From IMG/VR virus record IMGVR_UViG_3300022821_000550, positions 1-11,118 of that record: 11,118 bases of DNA; one strand, 5' to 3'. The position numbers and the translations under genes were made by a program. This DNA is from a virus. Each line of letters opens with the position of its first letter. The first letter of the stretch is position 1. The notes below the pieces were generated by a model that searched no databases, had not been told where the DNA came from, and saw only the letters and a list, made by a program, of their open reading frames with translations. Below, piece after piece: positions 1 through 7,025 of the stretch.

Positions 1-127
1 AATATATAATATAAGTGCTGTGTTTATTAATACTTCATTCATCATCTTAGTTACCCCACATTAGTGTGACTGGTATCATATCCATTGGTGATACCACATA
101 GTCTTGACGTGTTCCACGCTTAACTAT
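1..127. repeat. Left copy of an exact 127-nt terminal duplication, identical to 10992..11118
   Basis: Base-by-base comparison: positions 1..127 match 10992..11118 at an offset of 10991 with no mismatch. The unique length is therefore 10,991 bp. Confidence 0.95.
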
Positions 128-523
128 CTTTGCTGTTCCATCTTCTATCATTCTATTTAATATATCTCTTGTAGCCATTCCATCTACTGTCAATACTGTA
201 TCATCTTCATTAATCTGTGCGTGTATATAAATATCATGCTTTGGTTTCTGAAACCACATATCTTCTCCTTTAGTAGTCTTTAAGTCTATAGTCTTTTCAT
301 TAAATATAAAGTCTGGTTCATTCCAACCTTTACCTTCTTGTATAAACTGTATCCACTTGTGAGATATATTCTTTTCAGTTAAGTATCTATGTAGCACAAT
401 CTCTCCAAGTACACCAATATAATTGTTACTGCATTTAAACTTCTCATGCTTCTTAACACTATCAAGTTTATCTCTTAACTCTTTAGCTTCTTTTACTTCC
501 TCTTCTTTAATATATATATTCAT
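47..523 (-). CDS. PD-(D/E)XK superfamily nuclease-like protein (158 aa from the ATG at 523)
   Basis: The track ORF 47..538 starts at a TTG. The ATG at 521-523 is preceded by GGAGGAG about 7 nt upstream. The protein shows the motif order GEIVLHRYL (helix Glu), then EPDFIF (PD), then IDLKT (DxK), which is typical of the restriction-endonuclease-like fold. The specific family was not determined. Confidence 0.6.
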   Translation of the reverse strand: MNIYIKEEEVKEAKELRDKLDSVKKHEKFKCSNNYIGVLGEIVLHRYLTEKNISHKWIQFIQEGKGWNEPDFIFNEKTIDLKTTKGEDMWFQKPKHDIYIHAQINEDDTVLTVDGMATRDILNRMIEDGTAKIVKRGTRQDYVVSPMDMIPVTLMWGN

Positions 524-538
524 TGTTAACTCCTCCAA

Positions 539-892
539 GTTAGTTTTCTTTACTATACTATTATAATGTATGTTCTACTATATAAATGTTTCGCTTTTAG
601 TGTGGTTATTACCACAATAACAGTTATATATTTAACTACACGTTTATTATATTATCTAATAAACATCTGTATCAGCTGTTCCACCTGTCTTCTTTTTCTC
701 TTCTATATACTCTTATGACACTACGCGTTTATATACTTATGTATTTTAATGTAGTAATTACCACACTGACGCCACTTGCCATAGGAGCTCCATACAGTCC
801 ATCCTGTGGACGCATATTTCAGCCATACTAAGTGTTGTCTAATCAGAGAACGTCCACGTATGAGCTTGTATGGACGTCTCAGAGACACGTCA
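539..892 (-). promoter_or_regulatory. 354-nt non-coding region between the end of the structural operon and the nuclease gene; candidate promoter, origin or structured RNA
   Basis: No credible ORF is present. The left part (about 540-700) is very AT-rich, with a TATAAT on the minus strand at 565..560 and a 6-bp-arm hairpin TGTGGT-tatt-ACCACA at 601..616. The right part (about 720-890) is visibly more GC-rich and holds interlocking inverted repeats. Confidence 0.5.
789..877. repeat. Cluster of GTCCA/TGGAC inverted repeats with mutually exclusive pairings
   Basis: GTCCA (797-801) and TGGAC (807-811) form one inverted repeat with a 5-nt spacer. ACGTCCA (850-856) and TGGACGT (871-877) form a 7-bp stem with a 14-nt spacer. 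GTGGACG (806-812) is also the exact complement of CGTCCAC (851-857). TCCATAC (789-795) is complementary to GTATGGA (868-874). A nested imperfect stem GTTGTCT-aatc-AGAGAAC lies at 834-850. Confidence 0.7.
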
Positions 893-1447
893 CTAATTGA
901 ATTCAACCACTTGATAATTAAGAGTTATTGTATCATTACTTGCCTTTCTAATAGCAGTAACTGTTGTTGCATCTGTTAACTCAACATATGCTAATACGTC
1001 ATCACAAACATCAGTTGTACTATTTGCATAACCACTGTAGTTTCCAAGATAAGATATAATACTTTTAGTTGTATCTACTGAATCTATTGTATCTGTATTA
1101 CTTACACCAGTTGCTACTATTGTACCTGATTGGTTAGACTTAAGTACTCCACTATTAAATTCAATAACACAGAAAGCTATAAAACCATCATTACCATATG
1201 ATTCTTGTTTGCCTGTTATAGTAGTTGAATTAGTTAATTCTATTGTTGGTAAAATATTATCCCAATCACTACCACTGTCACCATTTGCTGTCCACCCTGT
1301 CATTAATAACAAAGTATCTGCTGTAGTTACTGAATCTATTGTTGCAGTGTATGAAACATCATTACCCATTGTAACTACTCCATGTTGTATATTCTTAATA
1401 GGGCTACCACCACCTGTTGCTTGTCCAAAAATAATTCCTTGTGCCAT
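893..1447 (-). CDS. Beta-rich virion protein with an internal tandem domain duplication (184 aa); possible fibre-tip or receptor-binding protein
   Basis: The ATG at 1447 is preceded by AAGGAGGT 7 nt upstream and lies 2 nt after the fibre gene stop. The two halves align: T.TIDSV.T ... ELT..TT.T ... V.EFN recurs at about aa 35-97 and aa 118-184, and both halves end in EFN. The function is inferred only from the position after the fibre gene. Confidence 0.75.
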   Translation of the reverse strand: MAQGIIFGQATGGGSPIKNIQHGVVTMGNDVSYTATIDSVTTADTLLLMTGWTANGDSGSDWDNILPTIELTNSTTITGKQESYGNDGFIAFCVIEFNSGVLKSNQSGTIVATGVSNTDTIDSVDTTKSIISYLGNYSGYANSTTDVCDDVLAYVELTDATTVTAIRKASNDTITLNYQVVEFN

Positions 1448-1449
1448 AT

Positions 1450-3348
1450 TTATACCTCCTTTGTGATGAAATAATCAAACGTTATGTCTGTTGATTCAGC
1501 ACTTGTACTTGTTATTGTAAAACTACCTGCTGCACTTACTACACTCCATGTACCAGCTGGGTCTGAGCCTGTTATACTAACTATAACTAAACTTGCTGCT
1601 GTACAAAATGCATCTGTAAATGTTTGAGCTGTGTCATTGTCTGTAAACGTACTATTACTTTGTTTGAATGATGCGTTACCAGAACCTTTAGCTGTGTTAG
1701 CTGTGATTGCACTAGCTTGTGCTCCACTAATTGTTGTTGGATTATTAATTAAATCACCATAGTCATAGTCCCAATCAAATGATACCTTACCATTGTTAGT
1801 AGATATATTAGATTCCATTGTATCTAAGTTAACTGCTTGAGTAACAGAGATATGTCCTACTTTAGTTGAACTTGTACTATCATAACTAATCTTATCTGTA
1901 TTTAAACCAACTGCTGTGACTAAAGTACTGTGGTCTGCACCAGATGCATCTCCTCTATGAGTTGTATTAAGTCCTATTGCTGTTGTGTTAGTACCTATAC
2001 CAGATATATCTTGGTCTCCTGTGTTAGAACCTGATGTGTCTGCTAGTCTTATTTCTTCTGCTGCAATATCAACACCATCAACTAAGCCTGTTACTGCTAA
2101 GTCACCTGTTACTGTTACTAATGGTGTTGCGCCATCAATAGATATTCTTTTAGTTTCTACTGTACCATCATTAACATAAAAGTCCATGTCACCATCTAAG
2201 AATTTGTTCTTAATGTCAGTGACACCAGAATTATTTTGTAATAATACTAACTTGTTTGCTTCTGTTGCATTAGCCATTACTGCAATGTCAGCATATTGTC
2301 CAGCTGGTGATTCAACGTGGAATCTCATTGATTGTCCTGCTGTCTTACCTGTTAAGTGACAGTGTATATTTGCATCTGATTCATCTATTCCAATGCATGC
2401 TTCATGTGCGGTGTTAGTTGTCTTAAAACATATCCCAGGGTTACTAGCATTAGCTGTCTCTATTTTTAATAGAGCATCATTCTTTGTTATATTAATATCA
2501 CTTGTTACTGGACTACCAAGAGTAGTATCACTACCAGCTGCGTGTAACGCTGCCTTCTCTACGTCTGTAACATAGTTATCATCATCAGTCTTAGCTGGTT
2601 CAAAACCTGTGTGTCCTGCACTAGCATAATCTAAATTTGAAAGTGCTGTGTGGTCAGTTACACCACTTGCTGTTGTGCCATAATATAAACCATCTACTCC
2701 ATTAGTTCTAACATAGTAGTCTGTTGTTCCATATCCACTTGGTGTATCAGTTAAGTCTTCAAATGTTGTTGGTGCTGCTGTACCTTGTATACCTTGTATA
2801 CCAGTGTCACCAGTTATACCTTGGATACCTTGAATACCCTGTTCACCAGTTATACCTTGGATACCTTGAATACCCTGTTCACCAGTTGCTCCAGCTGTAC
2901 CTTGTGGTCCTGGTACTGTACTATCTGCTCCAGTTGCTCCAGTGTCACCAGTTACTCCTATTTCACCTTGCGGTCCAGTGTCACCTGTTACACCAATAAC
3001 TCCTTGCGGTCCAGTGTCACCTGTTACACCAATAACTCCCTGTATACCTTGTATACCCTGTATACCTTGTTCACCAGTATCTCCTTGTGGTCCTGCTGTA
3101 CCTTGTGGACCTTGTATTCCATCTACTCCTGCTGTACCTTGTGGACCTGGTACTCCTGGCATTGAGTCAACATAAGCTTTATTAGTAATATCATTACCTT
3201 GAACTGGAACTTTTTCAATAGTTCCTTCTTGAGTGTTAAGTACTTTCTTAATAGCGTAGTCTTCTGTCTGTTCAATAGACTTACGCCCTTCTTGAAATGT
3301 ATATTTCTTTGTTGGTTGTACTTTAAATATTTTATTTACATTTGTCAT
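1450..3348 (-). CDS. Collagen-like tail fibre protein (632 aa)
   Basis: The ATG at 3348 is preceded by GGAGAGGT. Residues 65-142 form 26 uninterrupted GXY triplets, followed by an STVP break and then 15 more triplets (aa 147-191). The C-terminal 440 aa are Ser/Thr/Asn/Gly/Asp-rich with short internal repeats (IGTNTTAIGLNTTH, VGLNTDKISYDS), as in phage fibres. Collagen repeats in phage fibres are established knowledge. Confidence 0.85.
   Translation of the reverse strand: MTNVNKIFKVQPTKKYTFQEGRKSIEQTEDYAIKKVLNTQEGTIEKVPVQGNDITNKAYVDSMPGVPGPQGTAGVDGIQGPQGTAGPQGDTGEQGIQGIQGIQGVIGVTGDTGPQGVIGVTGDTGPQGEIGVTGDTGATGADSTVPGPQGTAGATGEQGIQGIQGITGEQGIQGIQGITGDTGIQGIQGTAAPTTFEDLTDTPSGYGTTDYYVRTNGVDGLYYGTTASGVTDHTALSNLDYASAGHTGFEPAKTDDDNYVTDVEKAALHAAGSDTTLGSPVTSDINITKNDALLKIETANASNPGICFKTTNTAHEACIGIDESDANIHCHLTGKTAGQSMRFHVESPAGQYADIAVMANATEANKLVLLQNNSGVTDIKNKFLDGDMDFYVNDGTVETKRISIDGATPLVTVTGDLAVTGLVDGVDIAAEEIRLADTSGSNTGDQDISGIGTNTTAIGLNTTHRGDASGADHSTLVTAVGLNTDKISYDSTSSTKVGHISVTQAVNLDTMESNISTNNGKVSFDWDYDYGDLINNPTTISGAQASAITANTAKGSGNASFKQSNSTFTDNDTAQTFTDAFCTAASLVIVSITGSDPAGTWSVVSAAGSFTITSTSAESTDITFDYFITKEV
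2776..3156 (-). repeat. Collagen GXY-coding repeat tract with exact 36-nt tandem duplications
   Basis: This tract encodes aa 65-191 of the fibre. An exact 36-nt unit repeats at 2808-2843 and 2844-2879, with 8 nt of a third copy to 2887 (ITGEQGIQGIQG). A second exact 36-nt unit repeats at 2966-3001 and 3002-3037 (GVIGVTGDTGPQ). Shorter 9-nt ccttgtata-type repeats occur near 2781-2800 and 3040-3070. Confidence 0.9.
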
Positions 3349-3374
3349 AGTTTTACCTCTCCATTGTTAAAATT

Positions 3375-3394
3375 AAAAAAAAGGGATTTCTCCC
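3375..3394 (-). terminator. Weak intrinsic terminator or attenuator between the capsid genes and the fibre gene
   Basis: The minus strand reads GGGA-GAAA-TCCC followed by TTTTTTTT. That is a 4-bp stem with a GNRA-type tetraloop and a T8 tract, placed 9 nt after the stop of the 61-aa ORF. The stem is short, so partial termination is more likely than full termination. Confidence 0.4.
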
Positions 3395-3402
3395 AAAATT
3401 AT

Positions 3403-3588
3403 TTAACTTTCTTCTACTGAAGTTATTGCTTCCCAAGATGCTGCTGCTGCTGCTTTAGCTTTACAAATTGATAACTTACCTAAGTCACTATCAAAAACAA
3501 TAGTGCCTACTTCTGCTATCATTGTATTCTTAACTGCTGTAGTAACAATAGGGATAATCAAAGCCTGTGGGTTTAATATATCTGCCAT
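3403..3588 (-). CDS. Hypothetical small protein (61 aa) downstream of the major capsid gene
   Basis: The ORF starts at an ATG 10 nt after the capsid gene stop. It shares the strand and packing of its neighbours and begins MAD, like several other genes here. No recognisable motif was found. Confidence 0.55.
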   Translation of the reverse strand: MADILNPQALIIPIVTTAVKNTMIAEVGTIVFDSDLGKLSICKAKAAAAASWEAITSVEES

Positions 3589-3597
3589 ATTAAATAC

Positions 3598-4470
3598 CTA
3601 CTTTCTTGTATTTGTAATTTTACAAATAGCGTTAGGGCTAGTTACTTGTACTTGTCCTAATTCAAATGCTCTAATTGTAGTTTTAATTCCAGGGTCATCA
3701 AGTTGTAATACTGTTAAAGGAGTTGCTTGTTTCCAAGTCATTGCTTCTTTAGCTACTACTACGTATGCTACATCAGGAACTGTTACTTCTAATGCTTCAG
3801 TTACCATAATCTTTAGTCCTGCAATTTGACCAACTACTCCGCTTGAAACAACATCTGCTGTTTTAAAACTAGGGTTGTTAGTTAACTTACTGTTAGCTAA
3901 AAGATTAGTATAATCTGTACCATTTAAACATAGATATCCTTGTCCGTTTAAAGCATTGATATTGTCTGCTCTAAGTAATTGGATAGCTTGTAAGATGTTT
4001 AAGATAGGGTCTCTGTTTGCTACAGTTGCACTGTCCCATTCATCTCCTGCTCCAATAACTACTGAGTTACCAGCGTTTGCTAGCATACTTGCTGAGATAG
4101 TATTATCTACTGATAATGCTACTGCTCTACCTAATCTTAGTAAAGTTCTTTGAATCATTGGTATGTTGTTAAGTCTTGCGTCTTCATATGAAATTACTCC
4201 TTCCATACCATACTTCTCATTCAATGAGCTTACTTTAGTCCAGCTTACTTCTCCATAAGGAAAGTTTGCTAGTCTTGGTATACCTTTAACTGCTGCTGTA
4301 GTACCACCTTCTAAATCAGTGTTAGTTTCTCTGTAATAAGTTTCAGTCCATGCGTTTGAACTATCTACTGTACATAGAGTTTTTAATTTATATTCCATTA
4401 GTGCAATTGCTTTAATTGCTCCGTCTATATATTCTTTTCTTAAATCTGCTTCTCCTGTTGTGTCTGCCAT
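3598..4470 (-). CDS. Major capsid protein, probably HK97-fold (290 aa)
   Basis: The size is typical of small HK97-like capsid proteins. The gene lies immediately downstream of a DUF2190-like decoration gene and downstream of the portal and a scaffold-like gene, with only 1 nt between the upstream stop and its ATG. The fold was not verified; the call rests on synteny and general sequence character. Confidence 0.7.
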   Translation of the reverse strand: MADTTGEADLRKEYIDGAIKAIALMEYKLKTLCTVDSSNAWTETYYRETNTDLEGGTTAAVKGIPRLANFPYGEVSWTKVSSLNEKYGMEGVISYEDARLNNIPMIQRTLLRLGRAVALSVDNTISASMLANAGNSVVIGAGDEWDSATVANRDPILNILQAIQLLRADNINALNGQGYLCLNGTDYTNLLANSKLTNNPSFKTADVVSSGVVGQIAGLKIMVTEALEVTVPDVAYVVVAKEAMTWKQATPLTVLQLDDPGIKTTIRAFELGQVQVTSPNAICKITNTRK

Positions 4471-4471
4471 T

Positions 4472-4879
4472 TTAAATCAATACCCTCACTGCAATAACTT
4501 CATCATTGCCTGCTGTCTCTAATGCTTTTCCAACTAGTTCAGCTATATCTTGTGCGCCTGCTTCATCTGCTGCTGCTATTAAATTTGCACCACCAAGTTT
4601 AACTACGTTACCTAATGTAACTGCTGCTGAAGTACATTTTAAGTCAAAGATACCATTAGTATAAACTGCTAGTTCTGTTTGACCATCATTAGCTACTTTC
4701 TCACTTGCTGCAATCCCACAAAAGAATTGTCCTTCTGCTGAGCTTACTGCCATTGTTCTTGGGTCTGCTGATAAATACATCAGAGTTCCCTTTGGTATTG
4801 CATTTGCGTCTGCAACTGTATACCTGATAGGGTCTCCCCTATTACCTAGTAATTCTATGATTACTGCTTCATTTGCCAT
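4472..4879 (-). CDS. DUF2190-like head decoration or capsid accessory protein (135 aa from the ATG at 4879)
   Basis: The track start at 4906 is a TTG. The ATG at 4877-4879 is preceded by AAGAGGT 8 nt upstream. The sequence pattern (G..L....., FCGIAA...., G.....V.T.GIFDLK, G..V......., VGKALE.A...E.I.VRV) matches my memory of the DUF2190 family, which commonly sits just upstream of phage capsid genes. Confidence 0.6.
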   Translation of the reverse strand: MANEAVIIELLGNRGDPIRYTVADANAIPKGTLMYLSADPRTMAVSSAEGQFFCGIAASEKVANDGQTELAVYTNGIFDLKCTSAAVTLGNVVKLGGANLIAAADEAGAQDIAELVGKALETAGNDEVIAVRVLI

Positions 4880-4880
4880 T

Positions 4881-5030
4881 TTATTTAACCTCTTTGTCTT
4901 TTTCAAGACTGTCTATTTTCTGTTGTATAGTATTAATATACAGTTCTGCTTGTTCCAAATCTATTGTTGCTTGTTCTTGTACTTTCTTCCAAGCTGCAAT
5001 ACCATCTTCCCATTGAGTTTTATTCATCAT
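4881..5030 (-). CDS. Small coiled-coil protein (49 aa), missing from the ORF track
   Basis: Hand translation gives MMNKTQWEDGIAAWKKVQEQATIDLEQAELYINTIQQKIDSLEKDKEVK. AAGGAG lies 9 nt upstream of the ATG. The start overlaps the stop of the 80-aa gene by 11 nt, and the stop lies 1 nt before the decoration-gene ATG, so it exactly fills an otherwise empty gap. Confidence 0.5.
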   Translation of the reverse strand: MMNKTQWEDGIAAWKKVQEQATIDLEQAELYINTIQQKIDSLEKDKEVK

Positions 5031-5262
5031 TGTTAAGTGCTCCTTCAATTGCTGTACCTTTAAAGTAGTTCTTCATATCCATCTTATCTTTTTCTTCTTT
5101 GGATAATACAACTTCAGGTGTTCCTGCTTCTGATTGACCGCCTAACAGACGTCTTGCTTCCATCTTCTCTAGTCTTTTGACCAGTTCTTCATTCACTTTG
5201 TTTGCGTGTTCTAATCTTTGAGCTGCTTTTTCTGCTTGCTCTATCATACTTTGTTCAGTCAT
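5020..5262 (-). CDS. Alpha-helical, charged protein (80 aa); possible scaffolding protein
   Basis: The ATG at 5262 is preceded by GAGGA. The sequence is rich in E, K, A, Q and L with heptad-like character (EQAEKAAQRLEHANKVNEELVKRLEKMEARR). The position upstream of the decoration and capsid genes fits a scaffold. Function is inferred from position and composition only. Confidence 0.6.
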   Translation of the reverse strand: MTEQSMIEQAEKAAQRLEHANKVNEELVKRLEKMEARRLLGGQSEAGTPEVVLSKEEKDKMDMKNYFKGTAIEGALNNDE

Positions 5263-5273
5263 TTTCTATTTCC

Positions 5274-5405
5274 TCATATTAGTGACATAGCTATACATGC
5301 TATTGTCATTATAAAACCATACGCACCATAAATTAGTTTTGTATGTGTCTTAACTGTTCCATTTGTGTAGTCTAACTTCTGACTAATAGATTCTAATTTT
5401 TCCAT
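5274..5405 (-). CDS. Small single-pass membrane protein (43 aa), missing from the ORF track
   Basis: Hand translation gives MEKLESISQKLDYTNGTVKTHTKLIYGAYGFIMTIACIAMSLI. AAGGA lies 6 nt upstream of the ATG. The C-terminal 20 residues are hydrophobic, the length of a transmembrane helix. The TGA stop sits inside the RBS region of the next gene. Confidence 0.5.
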   Translation of the reverse strand: MEKLESISQKLDYTNGTVKTHTKLIYGAYGFIMTIACIAMSLI

Positions 5406-5440
5406 TATATCCTTGTTAGTATATTCTACTATGAATTTAT

Positions 5441-7024
5441 TCATTGTAACGTTGCCTTCTGTACTTCAGTTAACTGTGCATATGGTACACCAAATGTTTC
5501 CATTGCTAAGTCTTCAAGACTTTGTTGTCCAGGTACTAATGGTTCTTCATCAGATTCTGTTACTGTTTCACCACCAGTTGACAATAAACCAAAGTTCAAT
5601 GTACTTGGTGCTTCTTGTTTGGTGTTTCCACCTTCTCCACTACCAAAGAAAGAACCTCTTCCAGTTGCTGCTATTGCTTCATTATAAAGCTTAGTCACTG
5701 CGCTGAACTGATTGTTAGGGTCTAAAGCAAAAGCTCTAATCTCTGCATCATTTAATAGTTCTTCAGCTGTAGGTCTTTCTCTTAATATTCTGTCTGCCAG
5801 TTCTTGTCCAAAAGCTAGTCTGTCAGTATCCACTGCGTTTTCTTGTGCATTCTGTAAGTCATCTTGTAATTGAAACTTGTCAGGATTCTCATCTTGATAC
5901 TCTTGAATCTCTTCAGGAGTTGCTGTTCCATCAACAATTCTTCTTTGCATCTCTAAAGTAATCTCTTGTTGAGTTGCTGCTTCTTCAGTTGCGTCAATTT
6001 CTTTATCAGTCTTATCAATGAAATGTTTAAATTCTAATGCTGTACTAGCAAAGTAGTTATAAACTGGTATCTTAGATTGAATACTTCCTTGAAACTCAAT
6101 CATTTCTCCCATCATTTCTCTAAGTTCTTTTGCACCTTCAATGTCTCCAAGTTGTAATAACTTAGATGCACCAATACTTAACTGTTGCAAGTCATCCTGA
6201 ATTGCGTTTTGTGTTCCACTGTATGAAAAGTAAGTTGCTAAACCAACACCAGTTACTGTTGAACCCCAACCAAGTAGACTTCTCCAATTGCTTGGACTGA
6301 TTGCTTGAGCTGTTTGAGTAAATATTTGTGATACTCTCTTAGCTTCTGCTGTATTCTTAAGTGCTTTACCACCATTGACTACTTTACCAACTTGAAATAA
6401 TTCAGTTCCACTTGCTATTGCTTGTCCTTTAGTTCCATACTTACCAGCTATTGCTGTTAACTTATTAACAATTGCTTGTGCTTTAGATAATAAATTTCCA
6501 GTTTTAAATGAATTAGCTGCTGCACCACCAGCACCACCAACTCCAAGTAAAGCCATATTACCAACATAGTTAGTAAGCCTTCCAAGTTGTGTAAGTGGTT
6601 CTTGTGTTGTTAAGTCTCTATTGCCAGGGTCTTCTTTGTTTAATAATCCAGTTGTAAACTCACCAACTGCTCTTTGAACTCTATTCTGTGGGTTTGGATT
6701 AGCTGTGAATGTTCCTTGTCCATCAGTATATTCAGATACTTGTGAATCTTGAAATGCTTTAATCTGTGCATCTGCTTCTGGACTTCCAACTCTTGTAAAA
6801 CCTCTTGAACTTCCACCTGAATTTCCAGTGCTTGTGCTTGGGTTTGGAGTACTTTGAGCAATTTCTCCACCAGTTGATGGAGAATTTCTTGGAGGTACTA
6901 CTACAGGGTCTACTGGTTTTCTTGAGTCTTTTACTTCACGTGGTGTTCTACCACCTGGTAAGTAACCACCAAGTTTATCATCAACCTTTTTGTATGTGTC
7001 TTTAATTCTGTCAAAAAATCCCAT
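5441..7024 (-). CDS. Large virion-associated protein (527 aa) with a disordered N-terminus, two Gly/Ala-rich hydrophobic segments and an acidic helical C-terminus; possible ejection, pilot or tape-measure-like protein
   Basis: The track start at 7048 is a TTG. The ATG at 7022-7024 has a perfect AAGGAGGT 7 nt upstream and follows the portal stop by 1 nt. Hydrophobic segments are YVGNMALLGVGGAGGAAANSF and SLLGWGSTVTGVGLATYFSY. No enzymatic motif was seen. The coding call is strong and the functional call is weak. Confidence 0.8.
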   Translation of the reverse strand: MGFFDRIKDTYKKVDDKLGGYLPGGRTPREVKDSRKPVDPVVVPPRNSPSTGGEIAQSTPNPSTSTGNSGGSSRGFTRVGSPEADAQIKAFQDSQVSEYTDGQGTFTANPNPQNRVQRAVGEFTTGLLNKEDPGNRDLTTQEPLTQLGRLTNYVGNMALLGVGGAGGAAANSFKTGNLLSKAQAIVNKLTAIAGKYGTKGQAIASGTELFQVGKVVNGGKALKNTAEAKRVSQIFTQTAQAISPSNWRSLLGWGSTVTGVGLATYFSYSGTQNAIQDDLQQLSIGASKLLQLGDIEGAKELREMMGEMIEFQGSIQSKIPVYNYFASTALEFKHFIDKTDKEIDATEEAATQQEITLEMQRRIVDGTATPEEIQEYQDENPDKFQLQDDLQNAQENAVDTDRLAFGQELADRILRERPTAEELLNDAEIRAFALDPNNQFSAVTKLYNEAIAATGRGSFFGSGEGGNTKQEAPSTLNFGLLSTGGETVTESDEEPLVPGQQSLEDLAMETFGVPYAQLTEVQKATLQ

Positions 7025-7025
7025 C

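Noticed and set aside
1-127. Terminal 127-nt repeat as a mobile-element inverted or direct repeat (transposon or att site)
   Set aside because: The repeat is direct and sits exactly at both window edges. It contains continuous coding sequence, and no integrase or transposase is present. Circular closure or terminal redundancy explains it fully.
720-892. Possible tRNA gene in the GC-richer island
   Set aside because: I could not find a cloverleaf with a 7-bp acceptor stem or a GTTCRA-type T-loop on either strand. The helices present do not have tRNA geometry. tRNAscan-SE should still be run to confirm.
721-906. Minus-strand 61-aa ORF in the first non-coding region
   Set aside because: It initiates at a TTG inside the last codons of the 184-aa gene and has no Shine-Dalgarno site. 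Its Arg/Trp/Cys-rich composition is unlike every other protein here. It coincides with the inverted-repeat island, so the region is treated as non-coding.
1918-1974. RGD tripeptide (THRGDASG) in the fibre C-terminal region
   Set aside because: A three-residue motif is expected by chance in a 632-aa protein, and integrin-type binding has no support in this context. The coordinates are approximate.
2724-3175. Three plus-strand ORFs (2724..2999, 2785..3165, 2942..3175) with repetitive Leu/Tyr/Cys/Pro-rich translations
   Set aside because: They are antisense frames of the collagen GXY repeat. The low-complexity periodic DNA keeps several frames open. The minus-strand frame gives a canonical GXY protein with an RBS.
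6640-6870. Alternative-frame minus-strand ORFs (6640..6870 inside the 527-aa gene; 8202..8414 inside the 124-aa gene)
   Set aside because: They are fully nested in longer, better-supported frames and have no independent start signals.
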